Below are positions 1-12,775 of a DNA stretch of 51,679 bases, piece after piece. The stretch lies in the sequence record SRR31147125_10124. One strand, 5' to 3'. Made by a program: the position numbers and the translations under genes. The notes beneath the pieces were generated by a model. It did not search any database, had not been told where the DNA came from, and saw only the letters and a list, made by a program, of their open reading frames with translations. Numbering within the stretch: the stretch's first letter is position 1; each line of letters begins with the position of its first letter.

Positions 1-243
1 CGTTTTTATTAAACGTCCGGACAGCAGTGAGCTCATATGATAACTAATAAGAAATGACTGGTGTTTTGAGTATCACTTGAAAAAATAGCGTAAGGTCTTA
101 GCCGGATAAATTGCCCCTGTTTTGATTGGGAATAATTGAAATATTGCCAACCTCCCAGGCTCATTTTATCTGGCTGAGGATTTTACCCGAGAATTATTTT
201 TCGCGCTCCCACACTATAGGAGTATTTTACCGATAGGTATACT

Positions 244-1446
244 TTACGATTCCACCCACAAGACCGGCTCGCGTACGGGGAAATTGCGCAAGCCCTCTTC
301 GGTATCCGGCATGGGGTTGAGTTGTTTCCACAGCTCGATGTATTCCGGTTTGTTCAAGGCCGCGCCAGCAAAGAGCAGACAGGGATGGCGCACCGGCCAT
401 TGCTCCCAGTACATGACATCCGGTTTTATGGGCCATGTGGATTTATCCTTGATAAAGGGATAAATAAACTCCATGCCTTTGCGGATGCCGCGGCCGTCCT
501 CGAGCTCAAAGGTCCATAGATTGTCCTCAGGCGTGGATAGAATATGACAAACAATCGCATGGGCATCGATATTGAAGAGCGAATAGCCGTACGGTTTTGT
601 CCGTTTCAGCTCCATATGAAAACTGCCGTCCGGGGACATTTGGTTCGGCAGCAGCACGGTTTTGTAGCGATTACGGCAATAGTCCAATAGCTCTTGGTTA
701 TCGGTGAGTTTGGCGAATTGAGCCGCCTGCATTACCCAGCAGGTGCCGTGATTGTTCTTACGATCGCGTTCGTCAATGCCATACTCGTGTGTGGTCATCC
801 AGGTGACAAAATCGGTAAACCAGGCTTTGATAGCCTCAGCTGCATCGCTTGAGATGCCATTCAACTGTTCCAGAACCGCAACTGCCCGGGCCGGTTCAAC
901 AAGATGAATGCCGTCGATGAGACCGACGCCGCGGCCGGGACAAATGCCCTTGATCGCCTGGGCAAAGTTCATGCTGGGATTCATTTTGGTCTCCGGATCG
1001 ACAAACCAGGCATTGAGATGCTCAACCGCATGGTCGGCATATTTTTGCTCGCCGGTGAGTTTATAAGCCGCAATGAGCGCAGCAACATGAATGCTCATGC
1101 GCCGCATGGTGCGGCGATGATCCTTGAAATTTTCCGGATTGGTCATGCCGTCCCTGCGGATATAGGGGCCATCCGGATCATCTGGGTTGGGCCACCAGTA
1201 ATCGCCTTCCGAGTAAAAATCATGCATGCTGCCGAGACTCCGTTCGCAACGTGAAGCAGTGACGGTCACCGGTTCTTCTTTCAAATATCGTTCGGCTGAT
1301 TGCACAAGACGAGTTCTGTCAATTTTTGTGATATCGACTTCAATAAGTTGAACTCCTCTGCCGAATTCCTCGTCAACATCTTTACTACAACTTACTATGA
1401 AATTTAAAATCATGAGTAAACTGAATATTCTCAATATATGATACAT
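244..1446 (-). CDS. Alginate/glucuronan lyase family protein (PF05426-type, PL38-like), putative lipoprotein
   Basis: HDFYSEGDYWWPNP..PYIRRDG..NP and NNHGT motifs, ELKRTKPYGYSLFN; signal ends FIVSC; SD GGAGG upstream. Confidence 0.88.
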   Translation of the reverse strand: MYHILRIFSLLMILNFIVSCSKDVDEEFGRGVQLIEVDITKIDRTRLVQSAERYLKEEPVTVTASRCERSLGSMHDFYSEGDYWWPNPDDPDGPYIRRDGMTNPENFKDHRRTMRRMSIHVAALIAAYKLTGEQKYADHAVEHLNAWFVDPETKMNPSMNFAQAIKGICPGRGVGLIDGIHLVEPARAVAVLEQLNGISSDAAEAIKAWFTDFVTWMTTHEYGIDERDRKNNHGTCWVMQAAQFAKLTDNQELLDYCRNRYKTVLLPNQMSPDGSFHMELKRTKPYGYSLFNIDAHAIVCHILSTPEDNLWTFELEDGRGIRKGMEFIYPFIKDKSTWPIKPDVMYWEQWPVRHPCLLFAGAALNKPEYIELWKQLNPMPDTEEGLRNFPVREPVLWVES

Positions 1447-1503
1447 AAAGCCTCCGTTTTAATAAATACCTTTTTAAACGCAATGCTTGAAACTCGATGA
1501 AAA

Positions 1504-3993
1504 TTAGTGATTTTTATCATTAACGACCAAATAACTCCCTTTAAAATCCTGTGTCCGTGCTTCAATGACAGCCTGACCGCCTTCTCCAGACACATATTCG
1601 ATTGCTGCCCCGCCGTTGGCAAATTCAATTACGGTGCTTCCTGTGGGAGTACCAAGATTTGCTTTCAGGTATCCTGCTCCGCTGCAATCAAAATAGACCC
1701 TTTTGTTAAAATCAAGACAGGTATTACCACTCTTGTCCACACAACGTGCTTTTATCAGGTAATTACCATTATCCATCCGATTGGATGAAAGTACAATATC
1801 AGTTGGGCGTCCACTTTTTTTGGTTGTATAAGTTATTTGCAACGAATGCCGGGCAATCTTCCCGCTGCCTGCATAGCCGACAGCTAACAACTCATTTTCC
1901 CCTTCGTCAAAGAGCACGTCCCAATGAAATCCACATGCTGGAAAATCATTAATGTTCCTGACCTTTTTCCCCTGACTTTCCCCATTTAAAAAGAGTTCGA
2001 TTTGCTCACAATTGCTATACACACACACCTGCCGCATTTCACTGGGGCGCCCGGTACGTTCTTTCCACGTCGGAGACTCGATGTAACAAAATTTCGGATC
2101 TGTTGTCCAATAGCTTTTAAATACAAAATAAGCATCTTTTGGATTGCCGGCACGGTCAAGCAATCCTTTCTGATTCATATACGGAATCGCATTTTCAGGA
2201 CGCAGTGGTGTACCAAAATCTTTAAACGCCCATTGTGCATTTCCGGTGAACCAATCGAGCTGTTCCGTCAATTTTAAGTGCCAGTCAAAAAGATCCACGA
2301 TGTAATTTTCACTCCAGTCACCAGCGCTGGATACTTTTTTTATATTGATCATATTAGGTTGTTCAGCCCAATCATCTTCTTCTACGATACCCTCACCAGT
2401 GATCGGATTCTCAGTATGCCGGCCAACATGACTCGAGCCACCGTACTCAGCATGAAAGAAGCGTTTGTATTTGTCTCTGGATGAGTTTAATGCTTTTTCA
2501 TATGTCTTGTAAACGCCGGAATACCAACCTGCCCAAATAGAAGGAGAAAAAATATCAGTGATTTCCGCACCCTCATAATATTTTCTCATGGTTGTATTTC
2601 GTCCCGGATCAAGTTGATGAGCTAAATCATTTAATTCGGAAACAAACGATTTCAGAGAATCAGGATTATCGCCATCCGGAAAATCGGGGAGCCAATAAAG
2701 CTCATTGCCCACTGACCACAAAATTATGCTGGGATGGTTGTAATTCTGGATGATCTGCTCCTTAAGAAGTCGCTTTGTATTCGATTTCCACTCAGTTCTG
2801 CCCATACCGCCTCGGCACCAGGGCAGCTCATCCCAAACCAGCAATCCAAGTTCATCACAGGCGCGATACACCTCCGGATCTTGCGGATAGTGTGCCAGGC
2901 GCACAAAATTCGCACCCATTTCTTTTATCATTTGAATATCTTTACGATGGAGATTATCCGGCATAGCATTACCATATCCAGCGTGCTCTTCATGTCGATG
3001 AGTGCCTCGTAAAAGCATCCGTTTGCCGTTCATATAAAATGGGCCATTCTCCTTGAATTCAACCCAGCGATATCCGAACCGGTCCGAAGTCTGATCAATA
3101 ATGTTTTTATTTTTTACAGTAATTTCCATTTCGTAAAGATTTGGTGTATCCGTTGACCAGAGTAAAGGTTTTTTGACAACCGGCATTTTAATTGCTAATT
3201 TATTTGCTCCGGAAGTAAGGCTTTTCTTAACAGAATTTTTTGAAATAATCGCCCCTTGCGGATTTTTAATTAAAGCCTCAATGGTATATTTTTTCGTTAT
3301 ATTTCCTGAATTTATCAGTTTAACGACAACTGATGTTTCGGCGCTTTTTGCACTCACTTTCGGGGTGCTGATATTAATTTTATCGACATAAACCGGCTGT
3401 AAAACCTGCAGCCACACATCCCGCGTAATGCCACCAAAGATGAAAAAATCAGCTTTATGGGATGGAATGATATCGCGGTCAATCGAATTATCTGCACGGA
3501 CCAATATTTGATTTCGGGTACCTTTTTTAATAAACGGTGTAATATCAGCAGTGAAACCAAGATAACCACCGACGTGCTTTCCGGCTTTTCTACCGTTCAC
3601 ATAGATATCACTCGATATATTAATTCCTTCAAAATAGAGTCTAAAAATCAAAGGTTCATCAAAATCAGGGATAAGAATGTCTTTCCGGTACCAGCTCGCG
3701 TTCCGGCGGTAGCCAGGTGTATTATCTGTTGCATCAAATGCATTCCATGTATGAGGCAGATCAATTTCATTCCATGTCAGTTCGGCATTTCTGAGTACAT
3801 CGATAAGTGAGGCGTTTTCTTCCAGATAACCCCAATCATTATTTAATGAATAGATTTCCCTTACTTCATTCAATTTAAGCTGTCCCTGATATGGTTCTTT
3901 TATTTTCCAATAGGGCATATTTGCATAAACAGCAGTGACTATTATGAAATTTACCCATACAATCATCAATGCAGGAAATATTTTTTTCTTCAT
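1504..3993 (-). CDS. Glycoside hydrolase family 2 (beta-glucuronidase/beta-galactosidase-like)
   Basis: LPHTWN, LYFEG, RGTHRHEE, NFVRLAHYPQ, WSVGNE (acid/base), AEYGG (nucleophile), MNQKGL. Start moved to MKKKIF because of SD AAGGAG; the ORF track extends to 4017. Confidence 0.9.
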   Translation of the reverse strand: MKKKIFPALMIVWVNFIIVTAVYANMPYWKIKEPYQGQLKLNEVREIYSLNNDWGYLEENASLIDVLRNAELTWNEIDLPHTWNAFDATDNTPGYRRNASWYRKDILIPDFDEPLIFRLYFEGINISSDIYVNGRKAGKHVGGYLGFTADITPFIKKGTRNQILVRADNSIDRDIIPSHKADFFIFGGITRDVWLQVLQPVYVDKINISTPKVSAKSAETSVVVKLINSGNITKKYTIEALIKNPQGAIISKNSVKKSLTSGANKLAIKMPVVKKPLLWSTDTPNLYEMEITVKNKNIIDQTSDRFGYRWVEFKENGPFYMNGKRMLLRGTHRHEEHAGYGNAMPDNLHRKDIQMIKEMGANFVRLAHYPQDPEVYRACDELGLLVWDELPWCRGGMGRTEWKSNTKRLLKEQIIQNYNHPSIILWSVGNELYWLPDFPDGDNPDSLKSFVSELNDLAHQLDPGRNTTMRKYYEGAEITDIFSPSIWAGWYSGVYKTYEKALNSSRDKYKRFFHAEYGGSSHVGRHTENPITGEGIVEEDDWAEQPNMINIKKVSSAGDWSENYIVDLFDWHLKLTEQLDWFTGNAQWAFKDFGTPLRPENAIPYMNQKGLLDRAGNPKDAYFVFKSYWTTDPKFCYIESPTWKERTGRPSEMRQVCVYSNCEQIELFLNGESQGKKVRNINDFPACGFHWDVLFDEGENELLAVGYAGSGKIARHSLQITYTTKKSGRPTDIVLSSNRMDNGNYLIKARCVDKSGNTCLDFNKRVYFDCSGAGYLKANLGTPTGSTVIEFANGGAAIEYVSGEGGQAVIEARTQDFKGSYLVVNDKNH

Positions 3994-4040
3994 TATCATA
4001 GCTCCTTTTACCATCATCGGAAATTACTTTATTTATTACA

Positions 4041-5279
4041 TTAATTTTTCGGGTAGACAAGATTCAGCAGATGAGTTTTTGTATCGATATCCGGTAATTT
4101 TTCTATCAACTGATTATACTCCAGATGTTGATATTTTTGTGCCGCGATTCTCAAAAGAAAGTACATTATTTCAAAATCTTCTTCCCATCCGTGAATCATT
4201 TGAAATGGCCATTTTTTGTTTCCCAGGGCATAAGGGAGCAGAAAATCTAATGCTCCCTTCAAACTCCGTCCATCTTCCGTTCGAAAAAACCATAGATCAA
4301 GTCCAACATGCTCGCCTAAAAGTGCAGTGTAAAATAAGCCCTGCAAGTTCATGGCACTGTAGTGAAAAGCCCGGGTTCGAGCCAATTCTTCGGGCTGACG
4401 ACCATCCGGCTCTATTTGAACAGCAATTCGTTTCGCAGGCACGCCGCCAAGTATTTCTTTTGCTATAGCTTCATTTTCCACGAAAAGTGCCAAATGTCCG
4501 GAAATAACATCATACAAGGTTCCATGATTGTTTTTTCGGGAAGCCTCATATTTTCCATGATCACTGCTTGACAGCCAGCTCAGGTATTCGCTAAACCATT
4601 TCTTCATTCCTGATTGATCATCTTCGGTCCAACTGTTTGAATTTTCAATCAATCCAATCGCATCCGCGATTCGGAAAAATGCCCGTGTGTCAATTATACC
4701 AATCCCCCGACCCTCATTAATACCTGGTATTTTCTGTGCAAACTGTAAATGCGGATTCATTCGTGTTTTTTCATCAAGAAACCAAGCTTTTATTAATTTC
4801 GCAGCATGAGCCGCGTACGGTTCATAATCGCTAAAATAATATGCCAGCGCGAGGATTGTGATACTCAAATCCAAATTTCTTAACGGAATTTTATCATATT
4901 GCTCTCTTTCCGGATTAACGATTCCATCCTTTCTGATATAAGGCAATCCATCCTCTGTATCCGGGTTTGGCCACCAATAAGGCGCTAAACTCATATAATC
5001 ATGTTTATTGCCGCTGAGGGGCGTAAAGGGCTTGTCCATGACAGACCAGGGACCGCTGAGCTGGGCACGATCAGCCTGCTGTTGCAGTGAATCCAATGCC
5101 GGCAACAGGTCCTCATCGCCTGCTAAAATCCTCTTTTTTGTTTCAGCAAGGTCTTGCGGATCGTAGAGGAATACCCTAGGATTGTTTCTCTCAAGTTGAC
5201 CTCGAGATCCACAGGACAAAACGGCCATAAGGGCAACGATGATACAGATTATCCATTCAAATCTAATTTTTCCTTTCAT
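4041..5279 (-). CDS. Alginate/glucuronan lyase family protein (PL38-like), second copy, lipoprotein
   Basis: HDYMSLAPYWWPNP..PYIRKDG..NP, GRGIGIIDT, NNHGT, ELARTRAFHYS; lipobox VLSC. Confidence 0.9.
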   Translation of the reverse strand: MKGKIRFEWIICIIVALMAVLSCGSRGQLERNNPRVFLYDPQDLAETKKRILAGDEDLLPALDSLQQQADRAQLSGPWSVMDKPFTPLSGNKHDYMSLAPYWWPNPDTEDGLPYIRKDGIVNPEREQYDKIPLRNLDLSITILALAYYFSDYEPYAAHAAKLIKAWFLDEKTRMNPHLQFAQKIPGINEGRGIGIIDTRAFFRIADAIGLIENSNSWTEDDQSGMKKWFSEYLSWLSSSDHGKYEASRKNNHGTLYDVISGHLALFVENEAIAKEILGGVPAKRIAVQIEPDGRQPEELARTRAFHYSAMNLQGLFYTALLGEHVGLDLWFFRTEDGRSLKGALDFLLPYALGNKKWPFQMIHGWEEDFEIMYFLLRIAAQKYQHLEYNQLIEKLPDIDTKTHLLNLVYPKN

Positions 5280-5352
5280 ACCTTAACTTTCATTTTGCGG
5301 CTGCATTCAGTTCTGATGGATGATAAGGATTCAAATTTGATATTTAAATCGA

Positions 5353-6885
<1,533 letters not shown>

Positions 6886-6902
6886 TTTTTCATAATTTTC
6901 AT

Positions 6903-9323
6903 CTAATTATTTTTTATTTTCTCCACTTTTCCTTCATCCGTACGCCAAAACCCAACAACAGGTAATATCATATCATCTATTAAATTCAAATGCTGAAGCT
7001 CTTTTGGCATAGGCCGATCTTTTTCTAGCTGTGCCCAAACTTCAGCTTGTCCATCATTATATTTGACCCTTGCACCTGTCCAACCGTCAGCATTTACCCA
7101 TTCGATATTTATGAACTGTGTCCCTGCTGTAACAAAAGCAGCAATACGCGTAGACTGAACAGTTTTCAAAGTTGATGCTGTCAGATGCCATTGATTTTCA
7201 ACATCTCTGTAATACTCAGGGGCTGAACCTGCATTGAAAGGTGTATCAAAAGTATCTGTCTGTGTAATATTTAATTGCTGATCAGGTGTGGTAACCAGAT
7301 AAAACCGGGCTTTTGCCTTTTGGCGTTTTATAGTAATTGTCTGTTGTATTTCATCAATTTCCATTCGATTCAAGGCATGAAGCATCCATTGAAATGTGGA
7401 CGGTTCAGGCGCTCTTAAATCATCCAATATAACAAATAATCCCGGACGAACATACATCACATGTCTATCGAATTTTTCCAGCTTGCCGGAATATGCCGGG
7501 GCAGCATCGCCGCAAACATATGCAACTTTGCTTTTATTCTGAAAAGCAGCAATCTTGCCCACTGCCTCAAAATCCCGTATTGTTTGTCCCTCTCCATTAA
7601 CCAGTATGGTGTTATTGGCTTTGCTGGATCGAGTCCATTCTGCATGGTGCGGTGCGCCATATACCGGCCCATAATAACCGGACGGGATTGCTAGCGAATA
7701 TCCGCCAACTGATAAATAGAACGAATTCTGGTCAGCATGACTGTGACTGTAAGAGCCATAAGGACTGCTTTTGAACAAAAAAAACACATCATTTTCCAAA
7801 TCAGATATATCACTGTGAAAGGCGCTCCAACCAATGCCATGAAACAGCTTTGCTTGTTCAATACCAATGGGTTTGGATGCCTTTACTGTTCGCGGCAGGA
7901 TCATGGGTGTTAATGGGTTAAAAATATCGTTATCCACCAGCGGGACTTGGTCGGCCCACCACTGGTAAACCGGATTTTCAAAACGCTGCGCATAATGCCT
8001 CATCAGATCTACCAATAACTTTGCCCGTGAAGATTGCTGTCGTGGCCCTCTTTCCGCTCCGTCTCCATATGGCCAGTATTCATCATTGGGCCGGGCGCAG
8101 TATAAAAAGTAATCCTGTATCTTGTTAAAGAATGGCTTTTTCCACAAATTCAAACCGAGTACAGAATACACACTTTCAATCCAGCTGGTGGCGCGGATAT
8201 TATAAGCAGCCGCATAACCGATTCCTTCGGACCAACCGCCGTCTTTACCATCCCAGTGTGGGAATACAGTCCAGAATCCGGTTAAGGAAAAATCCAGCCA
8301 TTTATAAAAATCCTCATCCGGTATTTCACCATAAAGCGCCAGGGCCTGTTCGCTTAAATAGCCTATCAACCGTGCATCATGACTGGAGCCGGGCTTTTGT
8401 AAAAAAGGCCGTTGTACGGCTATTCGCTGATATGTGTCCCGAGCACGGTCTATACAACTTTGCCGGACAAAATCACGTTCCTCATCCGATAGAACATTGT
8501 ATAACCAGTCATATCCCCGGTGCAGACAGCGGGCAATGCTCAATCCCGGTTCATCAAATCCTATATGTTTTGACGAGGTAATTCCGTCTGCGGGCCATCC
8601 TGCTATTGTTAGTAGTATACGCTTTCCGGCATCCGCATATTTGTTTTCTCCTGTCATGAGCCAGGCAATGGCCAGGGATTGCAATCCTTCATCAATATAA
8701 TTCCGGATGTAATGATAATAATCTCTATATTCCAGACGACGCATTTCATACTCTTCAACATTACCATACAAGGGTGGTTCAGGATCATCCAGACAAAGGC
8801 TTTTATCAGCCATTTGCTTTACCGCAGACCAGGCTTCCCAGCGGCTTGTATTAAGAGTCTTGCGGATTTCGTTCAGTTCCTTAGCCTGAAAGATTAACCG
8901 TGGACGTTCTTTAGAAATGTTATGTGCCAATTGATGAATATCCGGATATGGGAACTCTACCGCATCCGGAGCAATGGAAAAATGAAAATCCTGTGATTCT
9001 GCCAGTAATTGCCGGTTGTTATCAAATGCTTTTACCCGCCAGTGATACTGACCTACTTTAAATGGCTTGAGAGGTGCAAATACATTTTGCTCCAAATCAG
9101 TTTTTTGAAAAACGAGATTATTCTCCTGATATAAAAATAATGTATAATTAGTAGCATCTTCCAACGGCAACCATACGAATGCCGGCGGATTTATATCCGA
9201 TATATTATGGTTTATCGGGTTGGGGAACACATCTTTTTCCGATGTCCGTTTAAGAGGAAAACGTGCATCAACGGATACAACTGTAAATAAGAATAATATG
9301 AAAACAAAGCTAAACTTTTTCAT
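6903..9323 (-). CDS. Heparinase II/III-like lyase with DUF4962-type N-terminus (PL15-like)
   Basis: Signal peptide; NPPAFVW N-terminal domain; DGGWSEGIGY; FKSSPYGSYSHSHADQNSF; NTILVNGEGQ; FQWMLHA. Confidence 0.85.
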   Translation of the reverse strand: MKKFSFVFILFLFTVVSVDARFPLKRTSEKDVFPNPINHNISDINPPAFVWLPLEDATNYTLFLYQENNLVFQKTDLEQNVFAPLKPFKVGQYHWRVKAFDNNRQLLAESQDFHFSIAPDAVEFPYPDIHQLAHNISKERPRLIFQAKELNEIRKTLNTSRWEAWSAVKQMADKSLCLDDPEPPLYGNVEEYEMRRLEYRDYYHYIRNYIDEGLQSLAIAWLMTGENKYADAGKRILLTIAGWPADGITSSKHIGFDEPGLSIARCLHRGYDWLYNVLSDEERDFVRQSCIDRARDTYQRIAVQRPFLQKPGSSHDARLIGYLSEQALALYGEIPDEDFYKWLDFSLTGFWTVFPHWDGKDGGWSEGIGYAAAYNIRATSWIESVYSVLGLNLWKKPFFNKIQDYFLYCARPNDEYWPYGDGAERGPRQQSSRAKLLVDLMRHYAQRFENPVYQWWADQVPLVDNDIFNPLTPMILPRTVKASKPIGIEQAKLFHGIGWSAFHSDISDLENDVFFLFKSSPYGSYSHSHADQNSFYLSVGGYSLAIPSGYYGPVYGAPHHAEWTRSSKANNTILVNGEGQTIRDFEAVGKIAAFQNKSKVAYVCGDAAPAYSGKLEKFDRHVMYVRPGLFVILDDLRAPEPSTFQWMLHALNRMEIDEIQQTITIKRQKAKARFYLVTTPDQQLNITQTDTFDTPFNAGSAPEYYRDVENQWHLTASTLKTVQSTRIAAFVTAGTQFINIEWVNADGWTGARVKYNDGQAEVWAQLEKDRPMPKELQHLNLIDDMILPVVGFWRTDEGKVEKIKNN

Positions 9324-9461
9324 ATAAAAACCTTATAATTTTAAAAAATTGAGTCATTTCCCAGCTTATTCTATTAAAGGAGCAATAAAGTATCTTTTCA
9401 TTTTAATAAATTCTTAATTTTCACCAATAAACAACACCACAGAAACTGTCTGTTTTTATTT

Positions 9462-9904
9462 CTATTTCTCTTTTAATGGTACACAAATATTCCACGATTC
9501 GGTAGAATTATTAAATCCACCAGGTCCGTCCATTGTAGCAAAGAACAAATGCATTATTTCGTGTTTTTCATTCAGGAGAACAGAACATCTTTCAAGTTGC
9601 CCAAGTGTTATTTCTTTTCCCTTCGAGTCTTTAATTGTTTTGGAATAGGCATACGGTTTTTTATCCAACCCCCAGTTAATTCCTTCTTTCGAGTGTGCTA
9701 AAATACCGTGCCCTCGGTGTCCGGTGATTTTCCCTCTGTGGTCTTTTGCCAAGATGTGATAACCATTTTTGTCTTTCCATAAACAAGGGTTTTCAATCTC
9801 TGCATATTCCGGAAATGGTTCCTCTATTATTGCAATTTGCTCAAAGACACCAATTTTTTTCGCATGGTCTAAAAGCTTTAAAAGGATTTATTTTTTCGGT
9901 TCAT
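9462..9904 (-). pseudogene. Chimeric remnant: C-terminus of a five-bladed propeller glycoside hydrolase joined to an enolase-superfamily-like fragment
   Basis: The frame of ORF 9462-9752 stays open to 9887 (KK*ILLKLLDHAKKIGVFEQIAIIEEPFPEYAEIENPCLWKDKNGYHILAKD...LERCSVLL) without a proper start; an orphan ATG AAC CGA at 9904 stops after 8 codons. Confidence 0.7.
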
Positions 9905-9912
9905 TGCTTCTC

Positions 9913-11403
9913 TCAATCTCCCGGCAACGCACCTTTCCATCCCTGCATCATCATCTGTTCCATCTCTTTCACTGTTTCTGCATATTTCGGATCAGCTATC
10001 ACATTTATATTTTCCTTAGGATCAATTTGATGGTCGTACAACTCACGTGCTTTCACTTTACCAGATTTTGTATGTTTCCATTCTATAAAGCGGTATCGAT
10101 CTGTCTTCATAGCATAACCGATTACCTGAGCATCAAAATCATAACGATACTTTTTTTCAACCCAGATACTGAACGCCGCTTTTTTCCATGTCCGTTCCGG
10201 ATCTTTCAGCAACGGTACAAAACTGATACCTTCCAGATGATCAGGTGCTGAAAGTCCGCATAATTCACATAAAGATGGGTAAATATCAACAAACTCTGTT
10301 AAAGCACTAGTCTTTTTTTTCTGATTCTCAATCCCGGGTACACTGATAATAAGGGGTGCATTACAATCGATTTCAAAATCTGTATGCTTACACCAACTCC
10401 CGTGCTCACCTAATTTCCACCCATGATCACCCCAAAGAATTACAATGGTATTCTTTTTTAATCCTTGTCGTTCCAATTCATCCATAATACGGCCGATCTG
10501 TGCATCTATAAATGATACACAGGCATAGTAACCATGAATTAAATGACGGGCAAGTTTATCATCTACCGGTTCTTTCCCTTTCGGCATCTGGTAATAATTG
10601 CGCAGTTCACCAAAATTATTCATTGTGTATTTTGTCGCACCTTTTGGGGGATAGGGATTAGCCGCCAGCTTTAATTCCTTAGGATCGTACATATCCCAAT
10701 ACTTTTTAGGAGCTGTAAAGGGTAAATGCGGTTTACGAAAACCCACTGCTAAAAAGAAAGGTTCATCTTTGATTCTTTCCAACTCCTCGATGGCTCTATC
10801 TGCCAATTTACCATCGCTGTAGCCATTAACAGGCACATCTGCCATTTCAGTCACTGGTCCTTTTGTACCGGAATTCGGATTCGTGGCCCGATTAATTTCA
10901 ACTATCTTTTTTCCTTCGTCCGTAATATAACCGCTTCCTTTCATGGCACGAAATGGTTCCTTGCTCCATGCCGTTGGATCATCATTATTATGATGATATA
11001 TTTTTCCAATGGAAATAGTATTATAGCCATTGTTTTTAAAATGATGAGGCAAGCTAACTATGTCCGGCCATTTTTCAGCTAAGTGATATTTCAATCCATA
11101 TATCTTTGTGGTTTCACAACGCATCCCGCTTAGAAGACTGATACGTGAAGGAGAACAAATTGCTTGTTGACAATAGGCTCGTTCAAATATCATTCCTTCT
11201 GAGGCAATTTTGTCAATGTTTGGTGAAATCATCTGCTTATGACCATAACAACCTAATTGGGGGCGCAAGTCATCCACAGCAATAAACAGGACATTCATTT
11301 TGGTTCGCCGGGAATTTACACAATTTCCTAAACCGCTTAATCCAAGCATTGCAGCACTTCCGACTGCTGTTTTTAAAAAATCACGGCGTGATAAATTTTT
11401 CAT
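9913..11403 (-). CDS. Sulfatase, iduronate-2-sulfatase-like (S1_7-like), Tat-exported
   Basis: SRRDFLK; NVLFIAVDDLRP; CSPSRISLLSG; FRKPHLPF; WGDHGWKLGEHG. Start at MKNLSRR after SD GAGG (ORF track 11415). Confidence 0.92.
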   Translation of the reverse strand: MKNLSRRDFLKTAVGSAAMLGLSGLGNCVNSRRTKMNVLFIAVDDLRPQLGCYGHKQMISPNIDKIASEGMIFERAYCQQAICSPSRISLLSGMRCETTKIYGLKYHLAEKWPDIVSLPHHFKNNGYNTISIGKIYHHNNDDPTAWSKEPFRAMKGSGYITDEGKKIVEINRATNPNSGTKGPVTEMADVPVNGYSDGKLADRAIEELERIKDEPFFLAVGFRKPHLPFTAPKKYWDMYDPKELKLAANPYPPKGATKYTMNNFGELRNYYQMPKGKEPVDDKLARHLIHGYYACVSFIDAQIGRIMDELERQGLKKNTIVILWGDHGWKLGEHGSWCKHTDFEIDCNAPLIISVPGIENQKKKTSALTEFVDIYPSLCELCGLSAPDHLEGISFVPLLKDPERTWKKAAFSIWVEKKYRYDFDAQVIGYAMKTDRYRFIEWKHTKSGKVKARELYDHQIDPKENINVIADPKYAETVKEMEQMMMQGWKGALPGD

Positions 11404-11479
11404 ATTCTTCCTCAATTGTAATATTAAATTACCATTGGCTATCAGACGGATTGAAGATATTCACTGATAAATATCCTTT

Positions 11480-12775
11480 TTATTTTGGTGGATATTTTTT
11501 CAACGTTGCCAATTCACTTTCAATACCCTTATCCCCGATTCTTTTCATCCAGACATCCACTTTTTCGCTCAACTCATTTTTAATCGTCTGAAATTCAGGA
11601 TCGTCTGCAAGATTTTTTTGTTCTTTTGGATCGTTCTTCAAATCAAATAGTTCTTCATAAGGAAACATTTGGTCTTTAAATTTAGGATGCCCCACATGAT
11701 GATTTAAATAGCGTATGTATTTATAGTCATGTGTTCTTACCGCCCGGATCGGAAATGGAATCTCCTGTCTTTTTGAACTAACAATTACGCCGGTATAGCT
11801 AAAATAAAGCTCATCATGATGTTGATCTGTTTTTCCTTCCCACACATTCAACATACTTTTACCATCTATTGCCTGGTGATGGTCGCCACCGGCTACTTCC
11901 AGCAGTGATGGCAAAATATCGATGAAACTGATCATGGCATTACTTATGGTTCCTGGCTTAATATGTCCCGGCCAACGGACAATCATCGGCACATTGATAC
12001 CAGTATCATATAATGTATTTTTGGTGCGTGGTTGCTGTGCTTCATTATCATTTATATAGATAACGATTGTGTTTTCTTCCAACCCATATTTTTTAAGTAA
12101 TTCCATGTACCTGCCAAACTCGTAATCCATATACCAATTTGCAGCATCGTAACCTTCAAGACCATTCGGCAGTTTATTTAATTTTGGACTATGTGGAAGT
12201 GAAGCAGCATGAAATAAACAGAATGGCTGTAAATTTTCCGTACTAATGAATTCTTCTATCTCATCAAATCTACTTTTTCTGTGCCTGTCATGTATGGGTT
12301 CATCTGCACCGGGGACATGTTCATCCGATTTTTTAATTCGAAATTCCCATTCATATAAATCACTGGGTTTCTGAATGCCATCCTTCCCGACGATACAGGC
12401 ACGATAGCCCAATTCTTTCATATAATTTGGCAAGGACTTCACACCATCATAAAATCCGGAGTGGTTTGCGTGCGCTCCATTCTTCAACGGATACATTCCT
12501 GACAACAACACACCACGATTTGGTGTACAAATGGATGATTGTGTAAAACATCTCGTAAATCGAACACCCTGTTCAGCCAGCTTGTCGATGTTTGGCGTGT
12601 GACTCGGATTCGCACCATAACAACCAAGACTGGACTTGTACTGGTCATCCGCAATGTAGATTAAAATATTGGGTCGACTTTTGGACTTTGTTATACAATT
12701 GAATCCGGAAAAGGCAAGCATGGCACTGCCAGACGCGGCTATTTTAACAAAGTTACGTCGGGTTATATGTTTCAT
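11480..12775 (-). CDS. Sulfatase (sulfamidase-like), Tat-exported
   Basis: TRRNFVK; RPNILIYIADD; CTPNRGVLLSG; KNTLYDTGINVPMIVRWPG; EELFDLKNDP. Confidence 0.88.
   Translation of the reverse strand: MKHITRRNFVKIAASGSAMLAFSGFNCITKSKSRPNILIYIADDQYKSSLGCYGANPSHTPNIDKLAEQGVRFTRCFTQSSICTPNRGVLLSGMYPLKNGAHANHSGFYDGVKSLPNYMKELGYRACIVGKDGIQKPSDLYEWEFRIKKSDEHVPGADEPIHDRHRKSRFDEIEEFISTENLQPFCLFHAASLPHSPKLNKLPNGLEGYDAANWYMDYEFGRYMELLKKYGLEENTIVIYINDNEAQQPRTKNTLYDTGINVPMIVRWPGHIKPGTISNAMISFIDILPSLLEVAGGDHHQAIDGKSMLNVWEGKTDQHHDELYFSYTGVIVSSKRQEIPFPIRAVRTHDYKYIRYLNHHVGHPKFKDQMFPYEELFDLKNDPKEQKNLADDPEFQTIKNELSEKVDVWMKRIGDKGIESELATLKKYPPK

Noticed and set aside
244-1446. GC drop at the 5' end of the first lyase as a recombination junction
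   Set aside because: It largely coincides with the signal-peptide region, which is often AT-rich; cannot be separated from that without codon statistics
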